64,000 bases of DNA. Origin: an uncultured Bacteroidales bacterium (lineage in GTDB: Bacteria; Bacteroidota; Bacteroidia; Bacteroidales; WCHB1-69). The translations under genes were made by a program, and so were the position numbers. Below the pieces are notes generated by a model that saw nothing but the letters and a program-made list of their open reading frames with translations, was not told the DNA's origin and did not search any database. The stretch lies in the NCBI GenBank assembly GCA_946624065.1, contig CAMORT010000002.1, positions 10,542-74,541 on the forward strand, read 5' to 3'. Positions 1 through 8,542 of the stretch are shown here, one piece after another; positions within the stretch are counted from its first letter, which is position 1, and each line of letters begins with the position of its first letter.

Positions 1-180
1 GATGTTAACGCTACAGTTGTTGACCTTACTGGCAAAGTGGTGCTCACCGAAGTGTTCAACCACAATGGTGGCATGCAGCAATACACACTGCCCGTTAGCA
101 CACTGTCCAGCGGTATCTATTTCTTGAACCTGCAAGGCAAGGATAGCGGAAAAGCCACATATAAGTTTATTGTAAAATAA
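1..180 (+). CDS. 3' end of a secreted protein ending in a T9SS (Por) C-terminal sorting domain; the 5' part lies outside the window
   Basis: Frame +1 is open from nt 1 to TAA at 178-180. The translation ...VVDLTGKVVLTEVFNHNGGMQQYTLPVSTLSSGIYFLNLQGKDSGKATYKFIVK* has the same CTD pattern as the C-termini of the 21482 and 57818 genes. A hairpin terminator follows. Confidence 0.7.
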   Translation, partial: DVNATVVDLTGKVVLTEVFNHNGGMQQYTLPVSTLSSGIYFLNLQGKDSGKATYKFIVK

Positions 181-199
181 GCTTGATATGAAAGAAAGA

Positions 200-228
200 A
201 AAAGGACGCCAAACGGCGTCCTTTTTTA
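200..228. terminator. Bidirectional intrinsic terminator between convergent genes
   Basis: AAAAGGACGCC-AAAC-GGCGTCCTTTT is a perfect stem with an A-run on the left and a T-run on the right. Confidence 0.7.
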
Positions 229-238
229 TTACCATGTG

Positions 239-1009
239 TTAAACAAATTTCTTTTTGACCATATTGATTATAAAACCGGGCAACAGGAAACAACAGAACA
301 AGAAGAAATAATTGATGCATCCTGGAATTTTCCGTTTACGGCCATGAAACAAAGCCCGGAGTCCGCGGTTGGCAATTTGGTGCGGTTTGAGCATCACCCC
401 GATGCGGCAGAGCCACTTGCGCAGGTTGGAAGATAGATTGTACAGGTCGGTATCGACTGCGCCAGGGCACACACAGCAGACCTTCACGCCGTAATGGCTC
501 AGTTCGAATGCCAGGGCGCGTGAGAATTTCACCAAATAGGATTTGGAACTCTCATAGGCGGCAATGGTTGGGAAACTCATAAACCCGGCAATAGAGCCGG
601 CATTGAGGATATAACCGTGTCCCTTGTCTTTCATTTCCTTACCGAACAGCACACACAAGTCGGTGGGTGTGGTTACATGCAACTGTAACATTTTGTCGGT
701 CAATGCCATGGGCTTTTCCACTACGGCTCCGAAGTAAAACATGCCGGCATTGTTGACCAGCACTTCAATGTCCATATCGTGCTCATGGCAGTAGTCGAAC
801 AACTGTTGGCCGGCGCCTGCCACAGCCAGGTCGGCCATGAGGGTGGAAACGGTTGTGTTGGGATGTTTCGCTTGCAGTGTTTTCTGTGCTTCGGCGTTCA
901 GATCGTCCCGATTGCTTACAATGAGTGTGTTGTAGCCCCGCGCCGCCAGAGCGTCCGCATAGGCCAGTCCGATGCCGGAACTTCCGCCAGTGATGAGTGC
1001 GTATTTCAT
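239..1009 (-). CDS. SDR family NAD(P)-dependent oxidoreductase
   Basis: 256 aa. N-terminal TGGSSGIG Rossmann motif (TGxxxGxG) and catalytic YxxxK (YESSK). Confidence 0.85.
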   Translation of the reverse strand: MKYALITGGSSGIGLAYADALAARGYNTLIVSNRDDLNAEAQKTLQAKHPNTTVSTLMADLAVAGAGQQLFDYCHEHDMDIEVLVNNAGMFYFGAVVEKPMALTDKMLQLHVTTPTDLCVLFGKEMKDKGHGYILNAGSIAGFMSFPTIAAYESSKSYLVKFSRALAFELSHYGVKVCCVCPGAVDTDLYNLSSNLRKWLCRIGVMLKPHQIANRGLRALFHGRKRKIPGCINYFFLFCCFLLPGFIINMVKKKFV

Positions 1010-1020
1010 AGTGATTGGGT

Positions 1021-2223
1021 TTATTGCAACATTTGTGCGGCCTTGTCCACAGCGCGCACCAGTGTGTCGATTTCTTCTTTTGTGTTGTATAGGGCAAACG
1101 AAGCACGCACGGTGCCTGGAATGCCGAAATGGTCCATGATGGGCTGAGTGCAGTGATGTCCCGTGCGCACAGCCACACCCTGATGGTCTAACAATACGCC
1201 CATGTCGTAGGGATGGATATTGCCGACCAGGAACGAGATGACCGCCGCTTTGTGCGCTGCCTGTCCGATAATGCGCAAATCCTTGATTTTGAGCAATTCC
1301 TGTGTTCCATAACGCAACAATTCCTGCTCATAGTCGGCAATGCGCTGTATGCCTGTCTGCTGCATGTACTCAATAGCCTTGCGCAGGCCAATCACATCGC
1401 CCACCGCCGGCGTGCCCGCCTCAAACTTAAAGGGCAATTCGTTGTAGGTGGTTTTCTCAAAGGTCACCGTGCTGATCATCTCTCCACCGCCCTGATAGGG
1501 CTTCATCTCATTGAGCCACCGTTCTTTACCATACATGACGCCAATGCCCATGGGCGCATACATTTTGTGTCCCGAGAAACAATAGAAATCACAATCCAGA
1601 TCCTGCACATCCACAGCGCCGTGCGCCACCGCCTGCGCCCCGTCCAACATGACCGGAATGCCGTGCCCATGCGCGATACGGATGATTTCCTTTACCGGAT
1701 TAATGGTTCCTAAAGTGTTGGAAACATGTGTGATAGCAATAATTTTCGTTTTGGGTGTGATAAGTTCTTCCAGTTTGTCCAAATAGAGTTCACCCTTTTC
1801 GTCAAAAGGCAGCACCTTGAGTTTGGCGCCGCGGTCTTCGCACAAAAACTGCCAAGGCACGATGTTGGAGTGGTGCTCCATCTCCGATATAATGATCTCG
1901 TCACCCGCTTGTATATATGTGCGTCCGAACGAGGCGGCCACCAAATTGATGGACTCCGTGGCGCCACGAGTGAAGATCACTTCGTAATCGTGTGCGGCAT
2001 GGATGAAGTTCTGCACCGCTTTGCGCGCTATCTCAAACTCCTCCGTGGCTTGCTGGCTCAAACAGTGCACCCCACGATGTATATTGCTGTTGATGGTTTT
2101 GTAATAATCTGATAATGCGTCAATTACATATGACGGTTTCTGCGTGGTGGCGGCATTGTCAAAGTAAACCAGCGGTTTGTTGTAAACCTGTTGGGTTAAT
2201 ATGGGAAAGTCTTCTCTATTCAT
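1021..2223 (-). CDS. sufS: Cysteine desulfurase, SufS-type (class V aminotransferase)
   Basis: 400 aa. PLP-lysine context FSGHKMYAPMG and active-site Cys loop RTGHHCTQP, typical of group II (SufS/CsdA) desulfurases. Confidence 0.9.
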   Translation of the reverse strand: MNREDFPILTQQVYNKPLVYFDNAATTQKPSYVIDALSDYYKTINSNIHRGVHCLSQQATEEFEIARKAVQNFIHAAHDYEVIFTRGATESINLVAASFGRTYIQAGDEIIISEMEHHSNIVPWQFLCEDRGAKLKVLPFDEKGELYLDKLEELITPKTKIIAITHVSNTLGTINPVKEIIRIAHGHGIPVMLDGAQAVAHGAVDVQDLDCDFYCFSGHKMYAPMGIGVMYGKERWLNEMKPYQGGGEMISTVTFEKTTYNELPFKFEAGTPAVGDVIGLRKAIEYMQQTGIQRIADYEQELLRYGTQELLKIKDLRIIGQAAHKAAVISFLVGNIHPYDMGVLLDHQGVAVRTGHHCTQPIMDHFGIPGTVRASFALYNTKEEIDTLVRAVDKAAQMLQ

Positions 2224-2728
2224 TATTTTCGGTTTGTTCTATGTTTTTTTCTGTTTCCTTGTCTTCAAAACGGTCTTTCATGTATCGCAGTTGTGTGGCG
2301 TACATCACAATGATGAGCACCGTCATCAGAACCGCGGAGAGCGGCATGGCCAGTTTCCCGCCAATGATGAAGTTCAATGTGCAGAATTCCAGTATCTGCC
2401 CAATGGTGTATATGTGAAAGCCAACGCTTCTGAGTTTCCAAAGCATGATGAGCGCACCGATAAAGGACGCTAATTCTGCTATAATCAACAAAATGTATTG
2501 TTTTGGAGCAATGGAAAGAAATATTTCGAAGGTTTCCTGATATTCTTCGCCGCTGAACATGGGCATGTTTTTCACCATTTCCATGGATTGTTGGATGAAA
2601 TTCGGGAAGAAGGCATACATGGAGAAAGATATGACATTCATCCCGGCGTTCAGCATGGTGCAGATGCCCAAAAACCAAAGAAGAAAGGTTCTTTGCGGTT
2701 TGTCAGGTTTTGTGTTAAAAGGTTCCAT
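2216..2728 (-). CDS. Hypothetical integral membrane protein (about 4 TM helices)
   Basis: 170-aa ORF. It overlaps the tilS stop by 14 nt and the sufS start by 8 nt, which suggests operon coupling. Several hydrophobic segments; no family recognised. Confidence 0.6.
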   Translation of the reverse strand: MEPFNTKPDKPQRTFLLWFLGICTMLNAGMNVISFSMYAFFPNFIQQSMEMVKNMPMFSGEEYQETFEIFLSIAPKQYILLIIAELASFIGALIMLWKLRSVGFHIYTIGQILEFCTLNFIIGGKLAMPLSAVLMTVLIIVMYATQLRYMKDRFEDKETEKNIEQTENNE

Positions 2729-4031
2729 TATAATGTATTTTGTAATAATTTTTCGTGTTGTTGAGGTCTATTTTATAACGATTGTCTGACCGGTGCCCAA
2801 TAATCCACACAATTTGATGGTTGATTTCCATTAACATGGTATGCTCTTTGGCAAAACGGTCGAATTTGTGGTCGGTGAAATAGTCGCTGATTTTCTGCTT
2901 GCCCGTACCACCCAACGGATAAAAATAATCACCTGATTCCCAATTTCTTATAATCACAGGAAAGGTTAAATTCTTTTCATCCAAATAGAGAATCTGGTTG
3001 TTTTTTTCAAAGCAGATATTCCCATCGTTGTATAACAGTTCAATGGAAAAGTATGCTTTCATCTCATCTAAAGAATTCAGGACCAGATATTTGGAAGATT
3101 TTTTTTCATTCTGACGGATGAGGTATTCATCACGGTTAACCAGCAATGTGTGGGTGGGGGAGTGGTATTGCGTTCCCGACTGTTTCGCATCACGGCAGAG
3201 TTCGGAAACGGTGTCCTCGCTAAAGCCATAATCCGACAGAATCTCGTACAAGATAACGCTTTGGTGCTCAATTTTTTGAAGTTTTGACCGGTCAACTCGC
3301 ACCATGCCATTGTTTTCCGAAACCAATACGGTTTTGAAGTACCCAATACTGTTCTGGTAAATGTCGAATTGTTGGCAGAGAATCTCACGGTTGTGGGAGA
3401 TGGTGTCGATGAGGTTTGGGTTGAGTTCTTTGAGAATGGGAATCACAGAGCCGCGGATGCGATTGCGCTTGATGGTTTCATCGCTGTTTGTGCAGTCGAT
3501 GGCAAAGGGAATTCCGTTTTGGCGGGCGTAGTCGCGGATTTCCTGTGCGGAGAAGTTGAGTAGAGGCCGGATGATGCGTCCGTTTTGTTCGGGAATAGCC
3601 GTGAGGCCTTTCAGGGCGCAGCCGCGGCAGAGATTCAGCAGCAGGGTTTCCGCCGCATCATCCGCTTGGTGCGCGGTGACAATGTAGTCATAATTCGTTG
3701 CGATCTCCTCAAACCATTGGTAGCGCAAGTCACGGGCCACCATTTCAATGGATTTTCCAGAGTTTTTTTGCCGTTCAAGCGTGTTGAACTCTTTGACAAA
3801 CAGGTTGTTTCCCCATTTTTTTGCCATATTTTCCACCAGTTGCATATCGCGGTTGGAATCTTCGCCGCGGAGGTGGAAGTTGCAGTGCGCCATGGCGAAG
3901 TTCAGACCGGCATCCCGAAACAGATGTGCCATAACCATAGAGTCGGCACCTCCGCTGACAGCCAGCATGAAACTGTGCGCGTGCGGGTCGCCAACCAGTT
4001 TGGATAAATGTTCGATAAACCGTTTCTGCAT
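2715..4031 (-). CDS. tilS: tRNA(Ile)-lysidine synthetase
   Basis: 438 aa. N-terminal PP-loop SGGADS in the context LAVSGGADSMVMAHL. Confidence 0.9.
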   Translation of the reverse strand: MQKRFIEHLSKLVGDPHAHSFMLAVSGGADSMVMAHLFRDAGLNFAMAHCNFHLRGEDSNRDMQLVENMAKKWGNNLFVKEFNTLERQKNSGKSIEMVARDLRYQWFEEIATNYDYIVTAHQADDAAETLLLNLCRGCALKGLTAIPEQNGRIIRPLLNFSAQEIRDYARQNGIPFAIDCTNSDETIKRNRIRGSVIPILKELNPNLIDTISHNREILCQQFDIYQNSIGYFKTVLVSENNGMVRVDRSKLQKIEHQSVILYEILSDYGFSEDTVSELCRDAKQSGTQYHSPTHTLLVNRDEYLIRQNEKKSSKYLVLNSLDEMKAYFSIELLYNDGNICFEKNNQILYLDEKNLTFPVIIRNWESGDYFYPLGGTGKQKISDYFTDHKFDRFAKEHTMLMEINHQIVWIIGHRSDNRYKIDLNNTKNYYKIHYNGTF

Positions 4032-4033
4032 CG

Positions 4034-4999
4034 CTATAGGTTCATTTCGTTTTCCATAAGGTGGAAATAGCGTCGCAAGGACATCTGCATGTACTCAAAA
4101 CTGCCGAAGTTGATGGTTTTCGGTTCCTCACCGCTTTTGATCATCACCATGCCGCAGAAGGTGTTGCCCACGTATGGGGTAATATCCAACGTGGTGGAAA
4201 AACTGAAATCGTAGTTTTGTATAACCACTTGATTATAATTCTGATACGCCTCCTCATACAGGATTTTGTTCTCTTCGCAGAAGGCCTCTAACCGTTCCAC
4301 GCACTCATCCCACATTTCGGGTTTGTCATTGCGGTTGTAGAAAAACACAACTGCGTCGTAGTTAGGCAAGGTGTCGTTGATTTCCACCATCTCGAACCGG
4401 CCCATATCGTTGATGGTAAAGACTTCGGTGACATGGTTTTCGTGGTGGTATTTCTCAGGATTCTCCATCACCTGCTGGCGAGTGGCGTGACTTACGGAGC
4501 GCACCCACTCATAGTTTTTGAACACAGCAAACGAGCCGTCAGAGTTTCGTATGGTGCTCCACTCCTCGGTTTCCAGCACATCGTTTGCCTCATTGGCGAG
4601 GTTCAGTGCCACAGGCATCAGATCCAGAATGCGCTGCGTTCCGAATCCGGAGGTGATGACCAGGTACATCCACTCGCGCGATTGTGACTGCAACAGCCAC
4701 AATTCTTTTCCTTCCGGCAGACGCTCCACGCATTGCAGTCCCCATTCTTCAGGGAATGGAATTTTGGCGGTTATCTTATATCCTTGATAATCATCATGTT
4801 TTTCCAGGAAAGATTCCATGAAATCTTCCGAAAGCGGAAACAGTTCCGTCTGGTCTGAAACATCCGTTTTCAGCGTATCGCTGATGATGGTGATGGGATA
4901 ATCGTAATTATTCTCCTCTGTGTTCTCCTGTGTTTTATGCTTGCATCCGAACAGGATAAAGGGGCAGATGAGGGCCAGAATGAAGCCTATTTTTTTCAT
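4034..4999 (-). CDS. Hypothetical lipoprotein
   Basis: Start chosen at MKKIGFILALICPFILFGC (lipobox LFGC), not at the ORF-track Met at 5026. A minus-strand -7 box at 5024-5031 lies inside the longer ORF. The stop is 2 nt before the tilS start. Confidence 0.65.
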   Translation of the reverse strand: MKKIGFILALICPFILFGCKHKTQENTEENNYDYPITIISDTLKTDVSDQTELFPLSEDFMESFLEKHDDYQGYKITAKIPFPEEWGLQCVERLPEGKELWLLQSQSREWMYLVITSGFGTQRILDLMPVALNLANEANDVLETEEWSTIRNSDGSFAVFKNYEWVRSVSHATRQQVMENPEKYHHENHVTEVFTINDMGRFEMVEINDTLPNYDAVVFFYNRNDKPEMWDECVERLEAFCEENKILYEEAYQNYNQVVIQNYDFSFSTTLDITPYVGNTFCGMVMIKSGEEPKTINFGSFEYMQMSLRRYFHLMENEMNL

Positions 5000-5023
5000 A
5001 TCAGGTAATGGTTTTTGGAAGGG

Positions 5024-5031
5024 CAAAAATA
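5024..5031 (-). promoter_or_regulatory. Bacteroidota -7 promoter box (TATTTTTG) for the lipoprotein-tilS-sufS operon
   Basis: The minus strand reads TTGTATTTTTGCCC, which matches TAnnTTTG, 25 nt upstream of the ATG at 4999. Confidence 0.5.
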
Positions 5032-5085
5032 CAAAATGTTTTTTTTCGCACCTCGTTAAACTTTCCGCAGGTTGCTATATCCAAA

Positions 5086-5093
5086 TATTTTTG
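5086..5093 (+). promoter_or_regulatory. Bacteroidota -7 promoter box (TATTTTTG) for the PPTase gene
   Basis: AATATTTTTGCC. The box ends 6 nt before the ATG at 5100, so the mRNA would be leaderless or nearly so. Confidence 0.45.
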
Positions 5094-5099
5094 CCTATT

Positions 5100-5696
5100 A
5101 TGCAATCCTATCTTTTTCTACATCCCGAAACTATCACACCGCAACAACTGGAGCAGGAGATGTTGCCCTTGCTTCCCGCATGGCGGCGTGAACAGGTGTT
5201 GAACTATACACCCTTTTCCAGTAAAGTGCTTTGTGCCAAGTCTTTCCTGCTTCTCAAAGAAGGGTTGGAGAAAGATTTCGGTATCACTCAAGAGGTTTCT
5301 TTCGATTATTTGGAGCATGGAAAACCAGTATTGAAAGAGTACCCGCATATCCATTTCAACCTCAGTCATTGCCAAAACGGCATTCTTTGTGTGATAGATG
5401 AAAAAGGTCCTGTAGGGTGCGATATTGAGGCGAAAAACCGCAAAGTCAGGGAGTCCCTGTTGCTCAAATGCTGCAATGAACGGGAGCTTGAGGAAATCCA
5501 CAGCAACCCTTGTCCCGATCAGGCGTTTATGCGCCTTTGGACAAGAAAAGAAGCCGTATTGAAATACACCGGACAGGGACTTACGCAGGATTTGCCGTCT
5601 CTTCTTTCCGATAAGTTGTTGGAAACTGTTAAGTTAGAAACCTTTCAGGAGGAAGATGTCTTCTATTCTATTTGCCAGTCCAGACAAATGAATTAG
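5100..5696 (+). CDS. 4'-phosphopantetheinyl transferase (Sfp-type)
   Basis: 198 aa from MQSYLFLHPE. Motifs GCDIE and WTRKEAVLK (W-x-x-KEA-x-x-K). The upstream part of the ORF-track ORF (from 4920) overlaps the divergent gene and its promoter. Confidence 0.8.
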   Translation: MQSYLFLHPETITPQQLEQEMLPLLPAWRREQVLNYTPFSSKVLCAKSFLLLKEGLEKDFGITQEVSFDYLEHGKPVLKEYPHIHFNLSHCQNGILCVIDEKGPVGCDIEAKNRKVRESLLLKCCNERELEEIHSNPCPDQAFMRLWTRKEAVLKYTGQGLTQDLPSLLSDKLLETVKLETFQEEDVFYSICQSRQMN

Positions 5697-6514
5697 GCCT
5701 CCATGCTTTCCAGCATATCAATGACATTGTCCAAGTAATCCACTTCGGCATTTTCAATTTCCCCTTTGTCTGCCAACTGTGCCAGGTTGGGGTCAATGGG
5801 CATTTGGGCCAACAATTTGAGGTTGAATTCTTTAGCCACCTCTTCGGCGTGGCTTTGTCCGAACACTTGGATTTTCTCGTTGCAATGCGGGCATTTCACA
5901 TAACTGTAGTTCTCCACCAGTCCGAGCACCGGAATGTTCATCATACCAGCCATATTTACGGCTTTGCTCACAATGAGGGATACGAGGTCTTGCGGAGAAG
6001 TCACCATGATGATGCCATCCACAGCCATGGTTTGGAACACGGTCAACGGCACATCACCGGTTCCGGGAGGCATGTCCACCAACAGGAAATCAATATTGTC
6101 CCAAATCACTTCAGTCCAGAACTGTTTCACCATGCCAGCTACAAGCGGTCCGCGCCATATAACAGGCGTTTTCTCGTCGTTGGTCAGCAGGTTGGCGGAG
6201 ATGACTTGGATGCCTTTTTCCGTTTCCACGGGCAGCACGCCGTCTTCTGTACCGCTGATGATGGTGTGCAGGTTGAACATTTTAGGAATGGAGGGGCCGG
6301 TTATGTCGGCATCCAGGATGCCCACGCGGTATCCTTTGCGACGCAATTGCGCGGCTAAAAGTGCTGTAACAGAGCTCTTTCCAACGCCACCCTTGCCGCT
6401 CACAATACCGATCACTTTCTTGATATTGCTTTTGGGATTCGGTTTTTCCCGTAAATCTTTTTTCTCACAATTCGATTGACTGCAGTGTTCGCAGTCGTGA
6501 TTACATTCTGCCAT
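5693..6514 (-). CDS. apbC: Mrp/NBP35/ApbC-family Fe-S cluster carrier ATPase
   Basis: 273 aa. Deviant Walker A SGKGGVGKS, CPHC motif, and a Cys-rich N-terminus (CNHDCEHC). Confidence 0.9.
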   Translation of the reverse strand: MAECNHDCEHCSQSNCEKKDLREKPNPKSNIKKVIGIVSGKGGVGKSSVTALLAAQLRRKGYRVGILDADITGPSIPKMFNLHTIISGTEDGVLPVETEKGIQVISANLLTNDEKTPVIWRGPLVAGMVKQFWTEVIWDNIDFLLVDMPPGTGDVPLTVFQTMAVDGIIMVTSPQDLVSLIVSKAVNMAGMMNIPVLGLVENYSYVKCPHCNEKIQVFGQSHAEEVAKEFNLKLLAQMPIDPNLAQLADKGEIENAEVDYLDNVIDMLESMEA

Positions 6515-6551
6515 ATAGTTGTTGTTTCTTTATTTTTATAATTTTCAAAAA

Positions 6552-6673
6552 GGGCTGCAAAAATACAAAATACCTTGAAATGCAACACAGCACAGCCCAA
6601 TGCTCCCCATGTACCCATTTCAGCCATGCACCCTTGTACCCTGTACCCCTTTTACCTCTTTCACCCTGTACCC
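6552..6673 (-). repeat. Left copy of an inverted, promoter-bearing array of degenerate 8-9-bp GGT-words
   Basis: The minus strand reads GGGTACAG GGTGAAAGA GGTAAAAG GGGTACAG GGTACAAG GGTGCATGG ... GCATTTCAAGGTATTTTGTATTTTTGCAGCCC. The last part contains the -7 box TATTTTTG (plus coordinates 6558-6565) upstream of apbC. It is homologous to 8396-8528. Confidence 0.75.
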
Positions 6674-6682
6674 GTTCTTCTA

Positions 6683-8362
6683 TCATTGATTGTGTTTTCC
6701 GACCAACCGGTATGTCTTCATGCCGCCGATAAGGTTATAGACGGTGTTGAAACCGCTTTGCATGAGGATACGGGAAGCCACATAACCGCGGAGGCCCACC
6801 TCGCAGAAAACGATTGTCTTTTTGTCTTGAGGGATATCTTCCAGAAATTCGCGAAGTTCATCCACGGGATAATTTACGGCACCTTGGATGGTTCCGGTCT
6901 TAAATTCCTGAATCTCACGCACATCTATGAGGTTAAAATCCTCGTTACGGTCAATGATTTCATCCAATTCCGCCGCCTGTATCGGATTCATCAAATGGGC
7001 GTATATGTTCTCGGCCACCATGCCGGCGAACATGACTGGACTTTTGGCTGACCCGTAAGGCGGAGCGTAGGCGTGCTCGCTGTTCACCAGATCGAAAATC
7101 GTGCCCTGGTGCTTGAGCAGTAGGGAAATCACATCAATCTGTTTGTCAACATTTTGTGTACCCACTGCCTGTGCGCCGAGGATGCGTCCGTTTTCGGGAT
7201 CAAAATTGAGTTTGAGGTGAATGGGCTGCCCGCCGGGGTAGTAGGTGGCGTGCGGTGCCGGATGCGTGATGACAGTCTGGTAAGTCATGCCCAGTTTTCT
7301 CAAAGTGTTTTCCGAAAGGCCGGTGCAAGCCGCCGTCAAGTCGAAAATCTTGGCGATGGCGGTTGATACAGAGCCTTGATACTGAACGCTTTGCGGATAC
7401 ACCATGTTCATAGCCGCCGTGCGTGCCTGCAGGTTGGCGGGACCGGCCAAAAAATTGCAATAAGGTTTTCCCGTCACGGGATGCGGATATTCGATAGCGT
7501 CGCCCACAGCAAAGATGCACTCATCGGAGGTTTGCAGATATTCGTTCACCCAGATGCCGCCGGCTTCCCCAATTTTGAGTCCGCAGGCCTTTGCCAAAGT
7601 TGTGTTTGGGCGTACACCGATGCTGAGAATAGCCAGATTGCAAGGCAGTACGGTGTTGTCTTCGAGAACAACGGCCAGTTGGCCGTCATGATCCTTAAAG
7701 CAAGAGAGTCCGTTACCTGTAATTACATTAACTCCTTTATCTACAAGATGTTGTTGGACAATAGCTGCCATAGGCCAATCCAAAGGAGTAAGCACATGGT
7801 CCGCTTTTTCCACTACGGTTACTTGGTATCCGATTTTGCGCAAGTTTTCCGCCATTTCCAAACCGATGAAGCCGCCGCCAATAACGACAGCAGCAGCATT
7901 GTCGGTGAGATTGTCAATGGCTTGCATCTTGATTTTATCGCAGTCGGCCACATTGCGCAAGGTGAAAATGTTGGGCAGATCAATGCCTTGAACATGGGGT
8001 TTCACAGGTTCCGCACCCGGTGACAACAGCAGGATGTCGTAGTCTTCCTCGTACTCTTTGCCATTGCGCAAATTCTTCACGGATACGGTTTTACGGTCAC
8101 GATTGATGGCCGTCACCTCATTCAGGGTGCGCACATCCGCGTCATAGCGGTTGCCGAAAGAGACAGGGGTTTGTAAAAACAGTTTTTTCCGGTCCTCGAT
8201 CGTGTTCCCGATATAGTAGGGAAGGCCGCAATTGGCATAGGAGATGTATTCGCCTTTCTCAAACAGCACAATCTCGGCATCCTCGTTCAGTCGTTTCAGT
8301 CTGGCGGCAGCGGAAGCGCCTCCCGCCACACCACCGATGATTACATATTTCATAAATCGCAT
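6683..8362 (-). CDS. CoA-disulfide reductase / NAD(P)H persulfide reductase with a C-terminal rhodanese domain
   Basis: 559 aa. FAD motif VIIGGVAGGASAA, redox Cys motif SYANCGLPYY, and C-terminal rhodanese active-site loop CEVGLRG. An alternative start is MKYVIIGG at 8353. Confidence 0.85.
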   Translation of the reverse strand: MRFMKYVIIGGVAGGASAAARLKRLNEDAEIVLFEKGEYISYANCGLPYYIGNTIEDRKKLFLQTPVSFGNRYDADVRTLNEVTAINRDRKTVSVKNLRNGKEYEEDYDILLLSPGAEPVKPHVQGIDLPNIFTLRNVADCDKIKMQAIDNLTDNAAAVVIGGGFIGLEMAENLRKIGYQVTVVEKADHVLTPLDWPMAAIVQQHLVDKGVNVITGNGLSCFKDHDGQLAVVLEDNTVLPCNLAILSIGVRPNTTLAKACGLKIGEAGGIWVNEYLQTSDECIFAVGDAIEYPHPVTGKPYCNFLAGPANLQARTAAMNMVYPQSVQYQGSVSTAIAKIFDLTAACTGLSENTLRKLGMTYQTVITHPAPHATYYPGGQPIHLKLNFDPENGRILGAQAVGTQNVDKQIDVISLLLKHQGTIFDLVNSEHAYAPPYGSAKSPVMFAGMVAENIYAHLMNPIQAAELDEIIDRNEDFNLIDVREIQEFKTGTIQGAVNYPVDELREFLEDIPQDKKTIVFCEVGLRGYVASRILMQSGFNTVYNLIGGMKTYRLVGKHNQ

Positions 8363-8377
8363 ATTTTAAAAGAGCGA

Positions 8378-8385
8378 CAAAGATA
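8378..8385 (-). promoter_or_regulatory. -7 promoter box (TATCTTTG) for the CoADR-rhodanese gene
   Basis: The minus strand reads CCGTATCTTTGTCGC, 16 nt upstream of the ATG at 8362. Confidence 0.5.
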
Positions 8386-8395
8386 CGGTTTTTTA

Positions 8396-8528
8396 GGGTA
8401 CAAGAGGTACAAGGGGTGCATGGGGTGAAGTGGGTACAAAGGGTAAAAGGGTGAAGTGGGTACATGGGATGTATGAGTGCATTTGGTGGTTGTACCGCAT
8501 TTCATGGTATTTTAGTATTTTTGTACCC
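8396..8528 (+). repeat. Right copy of the inverted, promoter-bearing array of degenerate 9-bp GGT-words
   Basis: GGGTACAAG AGGTACAAG GGGTGCATG GGGTGAAGT GGGTACAAA GGGTAAAAG GGTGAAGT GGGTACATG GGATGTATG ... GCATTTCATGGTATTTTAGTATTTTTGTACCC. The -7 box TATTTTTG is at 8516-8523, 20 nt before the Nif3 ATG. Confidence 0.75.
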
Positions 8529-8542
8529 TAAAAACGAAAAAA

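Noticed and set aside
8397-8528. The 9-bp GGT-word array translates as a collagen-like Gly-X-Y run (GTRGTRGAWGEVGTKGKR...).
   Set aside because: A TAG immediately precedes the frame and there is no start codon before the run. The left copy (6552-6673) has stops in the equivalent frame. A -7 promoter box lies inside the region. It is non-coding DNA whose 9-bp period merely mimics GXY.
6552-8528. An invertible (phase-variable) segment bounded by the inverted repeats around the CoADR-rhodanese gene.
   Set aside because: The inverted repeats are only roughly 70 percent identical and differ by indels. No site-specific recombinase gene is nearby. The promoters they carry face outward, so inversion of the enclosed segment would not switch anything. 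The repeat observation is kept as a finding, but not the invertase model.
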